From: a bacterium
GTDB taxonomy: Bacteria > Patescibacteriota > Minisyncoccia > Phycocordibacterales > Phycocordibacteraceae
Length of the DNA stretch: 64,000 nucleotides
Assembly: GCA_037200965.1 (NCBI GenBank)
Contig: JBBCGK010000001.1
Span: 448,001 to 512,000, forward strand
Reading direction: 5' to 3'
Positions within the stretch are counted from its first letter, which is position 1. Each line of letters opens with the position of its first letter. Made by a program: the position numbers and the translations under genes. Below the pieces are notes generated by a model. It was not told the DNA's origin. It searched no databases and saw nothing but the letters and a program-made list of their open reading frames with translations. Below, in pieces: positions 47,604 to 61,861 of the stretch.

Positions 47604-47668
47604 GGCGGAATAGTAACACAAAGGGCGCTCCGAATGGAGCGCCCTGAGTTTCCGTTTCCGGCACTCCT

Positions 47669-48184
47669 TCAGCGTGCCGCAGCGCCAAGCTGCTCGTCGG
47701 GGAGCCTGTCGTCGGGCGACATGAAGAGCGCAACCACCCCAAGGACGACAGACAGAAATCCGAATCCCGGATTAGCTCCGAGGCCTGCGGAGAGGAGCAC
47801 GAGCGCGGGCATGGTGAGCGAAATCGTCGTCGCCCCCAAGTGGAGGACCGGGTGTTCGATCGCGTTCACGCTGCGCGGATAGCCGAAGTCCGAGACGTAA
47901 AGCAGAAGAAGCAGTGTGGCTGCGGTACTCGCGACGCCGATCACCCAAGAACCGCCGAGGAAAAGCATGACGGTGCCCGCGGCCGCAAAGACTGCCGAAG
48001 GCGCCGCAATGGTTGCCTGCATTTTATTCATCTTTTGCAGGATGCCCATGCCGACCGCAAGCAAGAATACAATACCCATCACCCTATTCTGCTGGGCGAG
48101 CACATTGACATGAAACAGGGAGCTGGTGACGTAAAAGTACAAAGGACCGGTTGCCATGAGGGCAGCCGCGAATATCTTGTTCAT
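47669..48184 (-). CDS. hypothetical integral membrane protein
   Basis: ~170 aa with 5-6 TM helices. Confidence 0.5.
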   Translation of the reverse strand: MNKIFAAALMATGPLYFYVTSSLFHVNVLAQQNRVMGIVFLLAVGMGILQKMNKMQATIAAPSAVFAAAGTVMLFLGGSWVIGVASTAATLLLLLYVSDFGYPRSVNAIEHPVLHLGATTISLTMPALVLLSAGLGANPGFGFLSVVLGVVALFMSPDDRLPDEQLGAAAR

Positions 48185-48276
48185 GAGCAATCTCCCGATT
48201 TGGCACGCAGGATGCGGGCCGAGCCTCTGAGCAGCAGAGTAGCGCTGCTTGTAGAAAGTGCAAGAGGTTCTTCTGC

Positions 48277-49674
48277 TTATGAAAGCGTTGCCCTTAGTCT
48301 CTCGGCAACCTGCCCGACCGTAAGGCGCTCCTGCGCTCCGGTATCCCGGTCGCGAAGCGTCACGGTGTCCTTAAGTTCCGGCATCTCCCCGAGCGTATCG
48401 AAGTCGATTGTCACGCACCAGGGCGTTCCGATCTCGTCCTGCCTCCGGTAGCGCTTGCCGATGTTGCCGTTATCGTCCCAGGCGATTGCCGGATGGATCT
48501 TCTTAAGGGCCGCGCGCACTTCCCTCGCCTTTTCGACGAGTTCCGGCTTGTTTTTGAGGAGCGGAAAGACCGCCGCTTTCACCGGCGCGACCTTCGGCGA
48601 GAGCGCGAGACGTATCCGCTTTTCTCCGCCAAGTTCGTCCTCCTGATACGCATCGAGAAGAATCGCGAAGAACAGGCGCCCGACACCTCCCGAGGATTCT
48701 ATGATGTGCGGGATGAAGCGGGTGCCGCTTTCTTCGTCGAAGTAATCGAGCGACTTCCCGCTTCCTTTCGAGTGCTGCGTAAGGTCGTAATCGCCGCGCG
48801 CGTGAATACCCTCGAGCTCGTCGAACCCCCACGGGAAACGATATTCGATATCCCACGCGTCTTTCGCATAGAACACGAGATTCTCATGCCGTTTCCAGCG
48901 AAGATTGTCCGCGTCAAATCCCAGTTCGAGGATCGCATTCCATCGGTACTCCCTGAGTTTCTCGTACTCGGACATCTCCTGCTCCGGACGCGTAAAATAC
49001 TGCATTTCCATCTGTTCGAACTCGCGCCCGCGAAAGAGAAACTGCCGCGGCGATATTTCGTTCCGGAACGCCTTGCCGATCTGCGCGATGCCAAACGGCA
49101 ATTTCATGGGGTTCGAGTCGAGCACGTTCTTGTAGTCCACGTAAATGCCCTGGCATGTCTCTCCGCGAAGATATGCCGGGGCGCTGCCCTGTTCGGTGAA
49201 GTCGCCGAGATTCGACTTCACGAGCAGATTGAACTTTCGCGCCAGAGAGAAATCGTGGCTCCCGCACTTCTCGCACGCGATTTCCGCCCGGTGCGCGTCG
49301 AAGAGCTTGTTTATCTCGTCCTCGCTCATCTTCTCGTCAGCCACGATTCCTATCGATTCGAGCGCCTTATCAACCCGTATGCGCGTATTGCACACCTTGC
49401 ACTCCGCCATCGGGTCTGAGAAGCCTTTCGTATGGCCGCTCGCTTCCCAGACGCGCGGATTCATGAAGATCGCCGCATCGAGGCCGACGATATCGTCCCG
49501 ATCGTATACCATCTTTCTCCACCACTGCGCTTTCAGGTTGTTTTCGAGTTCGACGCCGAGAGGGCCGAAATCGTAGACCCCGGCGAAACCGCCGTAGATT
49601 TCGGAGCTCGGATACACGAACCCCCGGCGCTTCGCGAGCGACACGATCTTCTCCATCTTGTCCGCAGCCTCCAT
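48277..49674 (-). CDS. glyQS: glycyl-tRNA synthetase (alpha2 dimeric, class II)
   Basis: RRGFVYPSSEIYGGFAGVYDFGPLGVELENNLKAQWW..., class II motifs, C-terminal anticodon-binding domain. Confidence 0.9.
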   Translation of the reverse strand: MEAADKMEKIVSLAKRRGFVYPSSEIYGGFAGVYDFGPLGVELENNLKAQWWRKMVYDRDDIVGLDAAIFMNPRVWEASGHTKGFSDPMAECKVCNTRIRVDKALESIGIVADEKMSEDEINKLFDAHRAEIACEKCGSHDFSLARKFNLLVKSNLGDFTEQGSAPAYLRGETCQGIYVDYKNVLDSNPMKLPFGIAQIGKAFRNEISPRQFLFRGREFEQMEMQYFTRPEQEMSEYEKLREYRWNAILELGFDADNLRWKRHENLVFYAKDAWDIEYRFPWGFDELEGIHARGDYDLTQHSKGSGKSLDYFDEESGTRFIPHIIESSGGVGRLFFAILLDAYQEDELGGEKRIRLALSPKVAPVKAAVFPLLKNKPELVEKAREVRAALKKIHPAIAWDDNGNIGKRYRRQDEIGTPWCVTIDFDTLGEMPELKDTVTLRDRDTGAQERLTVGQVAERLRATLS

Positions 49675-49702
49675 ATCGAATCCGTTATAGCAAAGCCGCG
49701 GA

Positions 49703-51577
49703 TTATTGCACGTCCGACGTGTCCGGACGGTACGCCGGATCGCGGTCCATTTGCGTCGTGACGACGCTTCCCTGTCCCGTGACCGTCACCTGCGCGAAAC
49801 GGTCGACGCCCGTGATCGTCGGCGCGTTTACCAAGACCGGACTTCCCCCGCGCTGGTTGACGCTTGGCGTGAAGCCGATCTGGAACATCGCCTGAGCCGA
49901 GGCGCCTGCGGCTATGTCGCCCGCGCTCCAGGTAACGGTGCGGGACGACGGGTTATAGGAAACGGAACCGTCGGCGGGAGAGGTCGCGCCGGTGAAGCGT
50001 ACATAGGGCGGCAGCGTCGCCGAGACGCTCGCGCCCGCAAGCGCGTTCGCGCTGTTCTTCACGTTCCAGACGATCGTGTAGGTAGTCTCGCTGTTGGCCA
50101 CGGGCGGAAAGGGTCCCATGTTGAGGAACGGCCCGGCCGTGTAGAGCCCGTAGGAATCGAGCGTGAGCGCGGTCACGAGCCGTATGGTGCTCACCATCGT
50201 CGACGACACGCTTTCGGGAACCGAGGATTCCCCGACGCGCGTTCCGGCGACCGAAGTAGTGAGCGTGAGCGTCGGGTTGCGGAGATTTCCTTCCGAAAGC
50301 GTCGAGAAGCTGAACGAGCCGATACCGGATTCTCCCGGAGAAAGCGAAGAGAGCGAAGGATCGGTCTGGCCGTTGAAGACGATCGTGTTGTCGGCGGAGC
50401 GGAAGAAGCCGCGGTCGACGCGCACGCTCCCGGGATCGAGCGCGGCGCCCGAAAGCGCTATCTCGATGCTCGCGTTCGTGATCGCGGTCGACAGCGCGTT
50501 CTTCCAGGACACGCGGCCCTGTATCGGAGCTCCGGCGGACGCGGTGCTCTGGGTCGATGTGCTGCCGTTAAGCGTAAGCGTGGTCGCAAGAAACGGCGCC
50601 GCTATCTTCACCGTCGCGTCCTGCGTCATATAGGCGAGCGAGAGCGCCTGCGCGTTCGTCGGGCTTCCGGTACCGACCGTAAAGCGGAAAATGCGGGTAT
50701 CTCCCTGCCCTCCCGCGAGCATGCCGGTGATCTTGATTTCCTTCGTGTCCCCCGGCTGAAGGGTCCCGAGCGGGAATGTATTGCCTTCCGGAGCGATGCT
50801 GGTCGAGGAAACGCTGAAGCCGAACGGATAGGCGGCTTGGAGAAGCACACCCGAAACGGGAGTCGTCGCGTTCGAGCGCACGGTCACATTGAGCGTGATG
50901 GGCTTCCCTGATACCGCTTCCGAGAGCGTCGCAACCGAAACCGAGATCGGCGCCGTCGAGATGGCGAGGCTGTACGATGACTGCTTTATGAACGTCGCGT
51001 TCGAATTCTGCGCGCCGTACGAAAGCGTGACGGGCAGCGCTACCTGGTCGCCCCCTTTCCCGAAGATGACCGCCTTGACCGAGCGCGTAACGGAAGCGCC
51101 CGGGGCGAGCGCGCCCAGGTTCTCGCTGTAGCGCGGGAGCGGCGTAAGCACGTTGTCCGCGGAGCGCGTCCCTTCGGGAAAATCGATCGTGAGGATGGCG
51201 TTCGTAACCGCGACCGGGTTCCTGTTCGTGACGGTGACCGAAAGCGGAACCGTGTCTCCCCCGGCGACCGATGTGGGACCCTGGAGCGCTATCGCGATGT
51301 TATCGGCCGAGACGCTGCGGCTTCCGGAAAGGAACAGATATGCGGCGGCACCCGCAGCGACGATGAAAAAGACCAGGGCGAAGATGAAGAATTTGGTCGC
51401 GAAGCGCATAGGCCGGTGCGTATCTCTTATGACTTCGGGCGCATCTTCCCACGCGTGCGGCAGATCGCGCGCATCCCGGCCGCGAAAGTCCGGGCGCGGC
51501 GCCTCGATATCCATCTGGGGCGCATAGAGCTTCTTGCGGGCGCGCTCGAGGCTGCTTTCATCTTCTTCAGGGGGCAT
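49703..51577 (-). CDS. membrane-anchored surface protein with repeated Ig-like (DUF11/CARDB-like) domains
   Basis: N-terminal TM (FFIFALVFFIVAAGAAAYLFL), then ~550 aa of Ser/Thr/Val-rich beta repeats (…VTVTNRNPVAVTNAILTIDFPEG…). Confidence 0.6.
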   Translation of the reverse strand: MPPEEDESSLERARKKLYAPQMDIEAPRPDFRGRDARDLPHAWEDAPEVIRDTHRPMRFATKFFIFALVFFIVAAGAAAYLFLSGSRSVSADNIAIALQGPTSVAGGDTVPLSVTVTNRNPVAVTNAILTIDFPEGTRSADNVLTPLPRYSENLGALAPGASVTRSVKAVIFGKGGDQVALPVTLSYGAQNSNATFIKQSSYSLAISTAPISVSVATLSEAVSGKPITLNVTVRSNATTPVSGVLLQAAYPFGFSVSSTSIAPEGNTFPLGTLQPGDTKEIKITGMLAGGQGDTRIFRFTVGTGSPTNAQALSLAYMTQDATVKIAAPFLATTLTLNGSTSTQSTASAGAPIQGRVSWKNALSTAITNASIEIALSGAALDPGSVRVDRGFFRSADNTIVFNGQTDPSLSSLSPGESGIGSFSFSTLSEGNLRNPTLTLTTSVAGTRVGESSVPESVSSTMVSTIRLVTALTLDSYGLYTAGPFLNMGPFPPVANSETTYTIVWNVKNSANALAGASVSATLPPYVRFTGATSPADGSVSYNPSSRTVTWSAGDIAAGASAQAMFQIGFTPSVNQRGGSPVLVNAPTITGVDRFAQVTVTGQGSVVTTQMDRDPAYRPDTSDVQ

Positions 51578-51612
51578 ACGGTATGAGTATAGCGCATGCG
51601 TCCATAAGGTAC

Positions 51613-52167
51613 TTATGTAATATTTTCAAAGCTGGCAGCCCTGTTTTCAACCGGAAATGGAACCGTTGGAATTTCCTTCCCAAGAAAGGGGGCGAGCGTA
51701 TCCCATCCGTCGCCTCCGGCTATATTCATGATAAGAGAATCGCCGGACCGGTCTTTGAAATACGCATCGAGTTCTGCCTGGTATCTCCAATAGTCTTCGG
51801 CCCACGCTTTCCGGTCCACGGTCAGCCAGTCGTGCTTGTAATCCGGATCCCGCTGGTTTCGGATGACGTGTTTCTCCCTGCTATCAAGCCAGCCTTCGAG
51901 ATCACGGATAGTGAGGATAAACTTGCTTCCCGGATATTGTTCGTCCAGTTCCCTGAAATAATATTTGCCGTTGAAATCAGAAAAGAAATTATAGTCTTCC
52001 AAAGACTCGAAGAAACGCCGGTTTCGGCTCTTCTCTTCCTCAATAACATCGCACAGCCTCCTGTCCTCGTACAACCAGTGAAGAGACCGGAAACCCAGCA
52101 CCTCGCATGCGCGGGTAAGAGAGGTTGTGCCGGATTTATTGAAACCTATATTGAAAACCTTATTCAT
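51613..52167 (-). CDS. sulfotransferase-family protein
   Basis: PAPS 5'-phosphosulfate-binding loop GFNKSGTTSL. AT-richer than flanking genes. Confidence 0.55.
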   Translation of the reverse strand: MNKVFNIGFNKSGTTSLTRACEVLGFRSLHWLYEDRRLCDVIEEEKSRNRRFFESLEDYNFFSDFNGKYYFRELDEQYPGSKFILTIRDLEGWLDSREKHVIRNQRDPDYKHDWLTVDRKAWAEDYWRYQAELDAYFKDRSGDSLIMNIAGGDGWDTLAPFLGKEIPTVPFPVENRAASFENIT

Positions 52168-52713
52168 AACCCCGATGCCGTAAGGCCCCGGTTGATGCGG
52201 GACACAACGGAACTGCGATTGGCGCTAATGGCTGCCAGTTCCGCGGAGCCGAATGCGCCGGGTGCTTCGGCTCCCGCATCGAGCCCGAGCGCCCGAAGTA
52301 TGCGGAGTGCCGCAAGACACTCCGCAGCATCATGCTCGCTTTCGGGACGCGATGCGAGCGCTTCAAGAAAACCCGAGAAGACCGCGTAGAGAGCGGGGTC
52401 GGCCGACTCCCCCGCGACGAGACGGAGGATAAGGCCGGAAACGCGGGCCGCCCTAAGGCGCGCGCCGTGCGGCATGGCCTGGAAGCGGTTTTGGGACAGG
52501 ACCGCGCCCGACAACCGCCAGGCATCCTTTCCGCGAACGAGTATGACTTCGCTTTCCGAAAGAGTTTGGAGCGCGGCGGCAAGCTTCGCACCCGGCTTTC
52601 TGAGTCCCTGGGCACGGGCGCGCACGAGGCCGAGGTCGGTCGTAAGGAGGGTAACGAGGGCGCTGTCTTCGGAGAGCGGAGCGCGCGCGAGCACGATAGC
52701 GGATGTCCCGTAC

Positions 52714-52724
<11 letters not shown>
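52164..52724 (-). CDS. recO: DNA repair protein RecO (short form)
   Basis: [48 protein letters not shown]... is a RecO N-terminal OB-fold. Confidence 0.6.
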
Positions 52725-56085
<3,361 letters not shown>

Positions 56086-56119
56086 AGTCCCCTATCGTAT
56101 CATGCGGGGTTTTTTGCTT

Positions 56120-56785
56120 CTAATCCGTGACTTTCTGGGCCAGACAAATGATCGTCTTAACTTTTATTACCGCACTTTTAAACTCATAAGATGGTGCTAA
56201 GTTGCAGAACGGATGATTGATCTCTTCAAACGAGAGAATATCGAAGCCGCCCCTTACTAGGGCTTCTTGCATTTCGCTATCTGCCTTCGCAAGATTATGG
56301 ACAGTCGTATAAACCGTTTCATCTCCGAGGCGCAAAGGAATCTCGGTGTTATAAAGAACAGGATCGCTTAGTTCGAAAGTATTGAATGTTGCTAAGAAGT
56401 ATCCTCCGTTCGCAAGAACGCGCGCGACCTCCGCAATCGGGCTCTGTACATTTTTAAAATGATGGAGTACGAAATTCGCGAAAACCACTTGAAAATATCC
56501 GTCTTCAAACGGTATCGCCTCCCCGCCCGCTTCAATAAAGTTGATATCTGAGGCGGCCTCACGCGCACGGCTTATCATTTCTGCGCTCGAATCAATACCG
56601 ATGACTTCCGCCGCGCCCATGTCTCGAAAGAGAATCGCGTACCTCCCATCGCCGCACCCGAAGTCCAAGATGCGCTTACCAGAGACGCCTATTTCGTTGA
56701 GAATCTCGAGCGAACGCTTGTCCGTAACATTGAAGGAATTCTTCGCTTTGTAGTAGGAATCCGTGACTGTCTTTGAGTACTCCAT
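56120..56785 (-). CDS. class I SAM-dependent methyltransferase
   Basis: Motif I ILDFGCGDGRY. Motif post-I EVIGIDSSAEM. AT-richer than core. Confidence 0.7.
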   Translation of the reverse strand: MEYSKTVTDSYYKAKNSFNVTDKRSLEILNEIGVSGKRILDFGCGDGRYAILFRDMGAAEVIGIDSSAEMISRAREAASDINFIEAGGEAIPFEDGYFQVVFANFVLHHFKNVQSPIAEVARVLANGGYFLATFNTFELSDPVLYNTEIPLRLGDETVYTTVHNLAKADSEMQEALVRGGFDILSFEEINHPFCNLAPSYEFKSAVIKVKTIICLAQKVTD

Positions 56786-56856
56786 ATTCCAATATGGAAA
56801 GCATAACAACGCATAGAAGCATTGCAAAATGAACCTTTGGTAGTAGAGTAAATTAC

Positions 56857-57210
56857 GTGAAAATTCTCCTGAATGAGCTCGTATTCATGGTTGCCACGGC
56901 GTCTATGAAAAAGAAAGAACGTCTCCTCAGCCGTTTGAAATCGACATCGAAATCGAGCTCTGTTCGGACCTGCCCGGCACAAGCGACGATGTACGAGACA
57001 CTATTTCATTGGTTCGACCTGAAGGAAGAGATTAAAACTATCGTCGAGGAGAAGAGCTTTAATCTCGTAGAGCGGTTGGCAAGCGAAATCATGGATCTTG
57101 TGCTTGCGCACAAACAAGCATGCTCGGTTCAAGTTTCCGTCAAGAAGCCCCAGGCATGGAAAGGCAGCGGCTATCCGAGCGTTACGCTCAGGAAGGTAAA
57201 AGGAATATAA
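56857..57210 (+). CDS. dihydroneopterin-aldolase-like (FolB-fold) protein
   Basis: C-terminal ...FNLVERLASEIMDLVLAHKQACSVQVSVKKPQAWKGSGYPSVTLRKV resembles the FolB signature. Confidence 0.4.
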   Translation: MKILLNELVFMVATASMKKKERLLSRLKSTSKSSSVRTCPAQATMYETLFHWFDLKEEIKTIVEEKSFNLVERLASEIMDLVLAHKQACSVQVSVKKPQAWKGSGYPSVTLRKVKGI

Positions 57211-57791
57211 TGAACTACAAAACTCTGGTGGCGCAGATTGCGGGCCTGGATTGGACTCAGGCTGTGCCGCAGGACATCATTATTTTGTCGAAATATACTG
57301 CAGTCGAATTCGCAAGCAGCCTGCGAGAAGCGATGAGACTTTATCCAGATGACAGCCGTCTTAAGGAAATGGCAGACGGGGAGCTGAAAACGGACAATAT
57401 GTCGTTCGATGATTATTCCGGCCCCGGCGATCATTGGGAGTATCTGGCACATTTCATTAATACATTTGGCATCGTTCCATCGAATCCTGGGATAGAAGAA
57501 TCGGCGCGGCGCTATACGGGATCGGTCGAAGCATTATCCCCTTCCGATAGAGCCATGACGGTCTTCTCTCGGGAGGAAGAGCTTACGCTTATTTTCCGGA
57601 AGATAATCGATGCGCATGATTGGAACGCTCTCGGATTTGGATTTTACAGACACTACCTCGAATCGCATATCCTTTTCGATTCCGGAGAAGGCGGGCATCA
57701 CCACCTGACCGAACACTTCCCGTTGCACGAGAACGTGCTTGAAGCGTTTTACCGAAGTCGATTGGAACTTTATTCTGCTCTCTTTAAATAA
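57210..57791 (+). CDS. hypothetical protein
   Basis: ATG at 57210 overlaps the previous stop (TAATG). 193 aa. AT-richer. Confidence 0.45.
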   Translation: MNYKTLVAQIAGLDWTQAVPQDIIILSKYTAVEFASSLREAMRLYPDDSRLKEMADGELKTDNMSFDDYSGPGDHWEYLAHFINTFGIVPSNPGIEESARRYTGSVEALSPSDRAMTVFSREEELTLIFRKIIDAHDWNALGFGFYRHYLESHILFDSGEGGHHHLTEHFPLHENVLEAFYRSRLELYSALFK

Positions 57792-57794
57792 AAG

Positions 57795-58688
57795 TTATTT
57801 GCTTACAGTAATCTGCTCCGGACTCTCGATAACGATCTCGGCCTTGCCCTGGTATTCCCTGATCTCGCCCGTGAGGACGAGGGTTTTGCCCTGATATTGT
57901 TTAATGTTGGCGAACTCGCGCGCCGCGGAAGCGAATATGACCGCACTGAAGGGGCACGTCTTATAAGAAGAGCAGTAGTCGAAGAAGATCGTGCCGCTTT
58001 TTGAGGTATAGACCTTCGCGATGCGGCCGGTGACGGCGGCGTATTCCCCGATATGGTTCTTCGCCTGCGCATAATCGTACGTACCCCGTATTTCTCTCGG
58101 ATTTGAAGTACTGGCCGCGGAAACGACCGGTATCGCGCCGCCCTTATTAGCCGCGATGATCTTCTTCAAAAGCCCGAGGTACTGATCATGCACGTAGCCG
58201 TTCGTGCCGATCTCGAGCAGCTCGTCGTTCGCGTTCGTCGCGCTTGCCGTCCAGTTATAGCTGCCCGACGCATATCCCGCGTCCGTCACGATTGCCTTGA
58301 TGTGCATGATGCCGTCTTCGTGCGCCTGCGTCGCGATCAATATTCCGGCCGCAACGAGCTTTTTGATAACTCCCTGTTCGAAACTTTCGCCCGCTTGCCC
58401 TCGATCGACGATTCCCTCGACGATCAACCCCCGCTTCTTCGCGCGCACGAGCGCGTCGGCGATGTCGTCTTTGGTGAACGTATAGATGGCGAAATAGACA
58501 TATTCGGTTGCTTGGTCGATAAGCGAGATAATCTCCTTGTCGTTCTTATGCGCGTCGAGGCTATAGACCACGCGGAACTGATGCTCGGTGTACGCTTTCG
58601 CGACGAAGGCGCAGATGAGCGCAAGACAAACAGCGCTGATGAGAAGAGTTTTGTGGCGAAGAAGGTATGTGCGAAAGCCGGATGCCAT
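57795..58688 (-). CDS. phospholipase D-family protein (Nuc-like HxK nuclease/phosphodiesterase) with N-terminal membrane anchor
   Basis: HKD motif IMHIKAIVTD...GSYNWT. N-terminal TM LLISAVCLALICAFVA. Confidence 0.7.
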   Translation of the reverse strand: MASGFRTYLLRHKTLLISAVCLALICAFVAKAYTEHQFRVVYSLDAHKNDKEIISLIDQATEYVYFAIYTFTKDDIADALVRAKKRGLIVEGIVDRGQAGESFEQGVIKKLVAAGILIATQAHEDGIMHIKAIVTDAGYASGSYNWTASATNANDELLEIGTNGYVHDQYLGLLKKIIAANKGGAIPVVSAASTSNPREIRGTYDYAQAKNHIGEYAAVTGRIAKVYTSKSGTIFFDYCSSYKTCPFSAVIFASAAREFANIKQYQGKTLVLTGEIREYQGKAEIVIESPEQITVSK

Positions 58689-58912
58689 CCGGAGTTTCTA
58701 GCAAAAGCTGCTTAAGATATTTTTAAAATGACAGCGTGCGGTCTATAGGTTCTCTTGCGCTGCAAATCTACATTCCTCGCAAAAAGAGACCCGCGCCTTT
58801 GGCGCGGGTCTAAAGACTTTCCGATCTCGACGGCTGCCCCGACAACGAGATACGCTTCTAATTGATTGCCTTCCGTACGGACAAGTTCTCGATTCTTTCG
58901 GGGCCGGTGACG

Positions 58913-59245
58913 TTATCGACGGCGCAGCAGCCTAAGAAACCAGACGTTGAACTTAATCGAACAAAGCACTCCGGGAATTAACAACGCCCCCCAGGCAAAA
59001 TCCGCCAGAGATACGGGGCGCCGCAGAGCCAACCAATCGCCGGATAGAGACCATTCCGGATGCCTTGTATGGGCGATAATTAAGAACCCGAGCGCGAGGA
59101 CGAACACCGAAACCAAGGAAATAAAGAATGTTGATCGTCCGCGATTCTCGAGCATCGCTTCAAGCAAGGCAGTGAAGCACAGTGCGACAGTCGTTACCGC
59201 ACCCGTCACGAGTTGCGGCCAGTGCGCATACAGCCAACCAGACAT
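58913..59245 (-). CDS. small hypothetical membrane protein
   Basis: 110 aa with 3 TM helices. Confidence 0.4.
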   Translation of the reverse strand: MSGWLYAHWPQLVTGAVTTVALCFTALLEAMLENRGRSTFFISLVSVFVLALGFLIIAHTRHPEWSLSGDWLALRRPVSLADFAWGALLIPGVLCSIKFNVWFLRLLRRR

Positions 59246-59507
59246 TTGCGAGACTCCTTTTTGAATTTAGGCCTTGCGAACAAGGCTTTGGTTAGAGAGG
59301 CTGGGGTGGCAGGCTTTTGTTTGGCGAAAGCCAGAAACCTTAACCGCCGAAGCGGTCGTAGGGATAAACCCTAGCGTGTGTATGCCCCGTTCTTCATCAG
59401 TGACACGCAGCCTGATGAGTACTTACCGCTACTATACCTCAGGAGATCGTCGAGTCAATCTCTCAATCGCGCAGCATTCCCTTTTACAAAACTGGCCCTC
59501 CAAGCGG

Positions 59508-61154
59508 CTACATCCGCTCCGGCGCCTTGATGCCAAGAAGCCAGAGTCCCCGTTCCATGGTTTTCTCAAATACCCGCGCGACCTCGAGCTTGTACGCTTC
59601 GTGCTCGCCGCCGATGATTTGCTCCTTCGCGTAGAATGCGTTCCATGCAGATGCAAGCTCGGTGAGGTACGTTACAACCTGATTCGGAGCAAGCGCGGAG
59701 GCAGCACGGGTGACGATAGACGGGAAGCGCATGAGCAGCCGCTCGATGACGTACGGCTCCGCCGGGGCATCGCCCGTTGCAGCTGTGCCCACCTTCGCGA
59801 TGATGGATTTCGCGCGCACCAGCGCGTATTGGAGATACGGCCCCGAATCCCCCTCAAGCGACAGCGACTTCTCTTTGTCGAAAATGATGTCGGAGCCCGG
59901 CACCTGACGCAATATCATGTATTTGATTGCGCCTACAGCAACCTCGTTCGCGACAAACGGATCCTCATTCTTCTCAAATACTTTCTCGGTAACGTCCCGC
60001 AGAAAGGCATCCGCGGTTATGACATTACCCTCGCGCGATGACATCTTTCCCGCCGTAAGGCGGAGGAATCCTGTCGCTACATGCACCATCTTGCGCGCAA
60101 GCTCCGGAGCTATTTCGGAAAGCGCCGCGAGCACGGTCTTGAAGCGTCCGGTCTGCTCATTGCCCGTAAGGATGATGACCTTGTCGGAAGGCCACCGCTC
60201 TTCCTTGAGGAAAGCGAAGCCGATATCCTTCGCTTCATACGTTGGAGTATCATGCGAGGTGATGAAAACCATCGTGTGAACTCCCTTATTCTCCCCGTTG
60301 TAGATTATGGCTCCATCACTCTCTTCGAAGATTCCTTTCTTGAGACCTTCATGTACGATCTTAATGCCAAGCTGCGTTGTATCGCTATCAAAAAACTCAA
60401 AATCGAAGCGTGTCCCCAGAAGCTGCCAGATGCGGCGGAATTCTTTCATCGAAACTTCCCTCCCCTTGCGCCAGAGCTCCATGAGTTCGCGGTCGGTACC
60501 CGCATAGATTGCTTGATTGAGGGCGTCTATCTCCGCTTGCGCCCGTGGCTCGTCCTCATAAGCGCGCGACCCTTCGATATATGCCTCGCCTATCTCTTTT
60601 GCCGTCGTCGGCTCGGTAATACCCCGCTTACGCAGTCCCCAGAGCGCCTTCGCGACATTCGGGCCGACATCGCCGCCGAAGGTATCGCGCGCCACCGTCG
60701 CGCCCGCGTTCTCGATAAGGCGCGAGAGCGACTCGCCGACCACCGTGCCGACGAGATGCCCTAAGTGCATCTCTTTAAAAGGATTCGGTACAGAATATTC
60801 GATGATGACGCGCTTCCCTATTTCTTCGACTCCCTTCCCCCATCTATCCCCGGCTGCGAGCGCTCTATACACCGCTTCGGTGACCGCGCCACGAGAGAGT
60901 GTGACGTTCACGAATCCCGGTCCCGCGACTTCGACGCGGGAAGCATCGGAACCCAGTGCCGCGCGAAGCGCCTCCGCGATCTCTTCCGCGATTTCCTTCG
61001 GATTCTTCCCGAACTTCTTGGCCGCCGCCATCGCGGCGTTCACGGCGAAATCGCCGTGCGAAAGATCCGCGGGCCACTCGACCGCGAATGCGGTCTCCAC
61101 CGTTCCGAGTTCCGCAAGCTTGTCCGCCACCGCCTTCCGTATCCGTTCTTCCAT
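59508..61154 (-). CDS. argS: arginyl-tRNA synthetase
   Basis: HIGH-type (PNPFKEMHLGHLVGTVVGE), DALR anticodon-binding C-terminal domain, characteristic length. Confidence 0.9.
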   Translation of the reverse strand: MEERIRKAVADKLAELGTVETAFAVEWPADLSHGDFAVNAAMAAAKKFGKNPKEIAEEIAEALRAALGSDASRVEVAGPGFVNVTLSRGAVTEAVYRALAAGDRWGKGVEEIGKRVIIEYSVPNPFKEMHLGHLVGTVVGESLSRLIENAGATVARDTFGGDVGPNVAKALWGLRKRGITEPTTAKEIGEAYIEGSRAYEDEPRAQAEIDALNQAIYAGTDRELMELWRKGREVSMKEFRRIWQLLGTRFDFEFFDSDTTQLGIKIVHEGLKKGIFEESDGAIIYNGENKGVHTMVFITSHDTPTYEAKDIGFAFLKEERWPSDKVIILTGNEQTGRFKTVLAALSEIAPELARKMVHVATGFLRLTAGKMSSREGNVITADAFLRDVTEKVFEKNEDPFVANEVAVGAIKYMILRQVPGSDIIFDKEKSLSLEGDSGPYLQYALVRAKSIIAKVGTAATGDAPAEPYVIERLLMRFPSIVTRAASALAPNQVVTYLTELASAWNAFYAKEQIIGGEHEAYKLEVARVFEKTMERGLWLLGIKAPERM

Positions 61155-61224
61155 TGAGCCGAGTCTAGCAGAAAACCCCGCCGACGCGAGCGCGCAGGCG
61201 GGGTTTCCATAAGCACGCGCGGAA

Positions 61225-61737
61225 TTATCTGTCCTTATCGGCTTTCGCGTGCATGAAGAAGTTCATGACCGGCCACTTGTCGAGGCGATACCACGGCCAG
61301 CGCGGCCCGTCCTTCGCTTCGCCGATCGACCAATCGCGCACGGTGTCGGCGTTCACTTCAAACGCACCGTCGAGCATGCCGCTGAAGCTGACATAGTCAC
61401 CATCCGAGATCGCGCCAAGCGAAGAGCCGGAGCTGTCCGCTTCCACAAAATCAGTGTCGGCGTCGGTATCGATCCGCCAGGTGAGTGAGGTGCCGTTCAC
61501 GGCCGTAACGGCAGTGATAACATCGTCCGAGATATCGGTGACTTTCGCCCCGCGGACAAGCGTCGAGCCGTTGCCGGAAATCGAGATTGAGACGGTGGTC
61601 TTATCGATGGCCGGTATCTTGAGGTTATTGTCGGAGTTATCGTCGTGCGCAAGCGCGAAGGCCGGAAGAACGGCGAAGGCGAGTCCGGCAGCAATCGTCC
61701 CTGTCGTTCGTAAAAACGCGAGTTCGGTACGTCTCAT
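61225..61737 (-). CDS. secreted hypothetical protein
   Basis: MRRTELAFLRTTGTIAAGLAFAVLPAFALA (signal). 170 aa. The upstream M codons in the track ORF overlap glyA. Confidence 0.5.
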   Translation of the reverse strand: MRRTELAFLRTTGTIAAGLAFAVLPAFALAHDDNSDNNLKIPAIDKTTVSISISGNGSTLVRGAKVTDISDDVITAVTAVNGTSLTWRIDTDADTDFVEADSSGSSLGAISDGDYVSFSGMLDGAFEVNADTVRDWSIGEAKDGPRWPWYRLDKWPVMNFFMHAKADKDR

Positions 61738-61861
61738 GGAGGTTAAGTTTAGGGTGGGTAAGGCTATGGAGATCATAGCCGAACGCCCCGCCTGCGTTAC
61801 GCAATTCGCGGGGCGCGGCTGCGTAACAGCATACTCAGAGGAGATGAAGGGCGGATGAAAT

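Noticed and set aside
45084-49419. Long plus-strand ORFs 45084..46085, 46416..47318 and 48493..49419
   Set aside because: They are antisense to metG, the AI-2E transporter and glyQS respectively. They are Arg-rich GC-frame artefacts.
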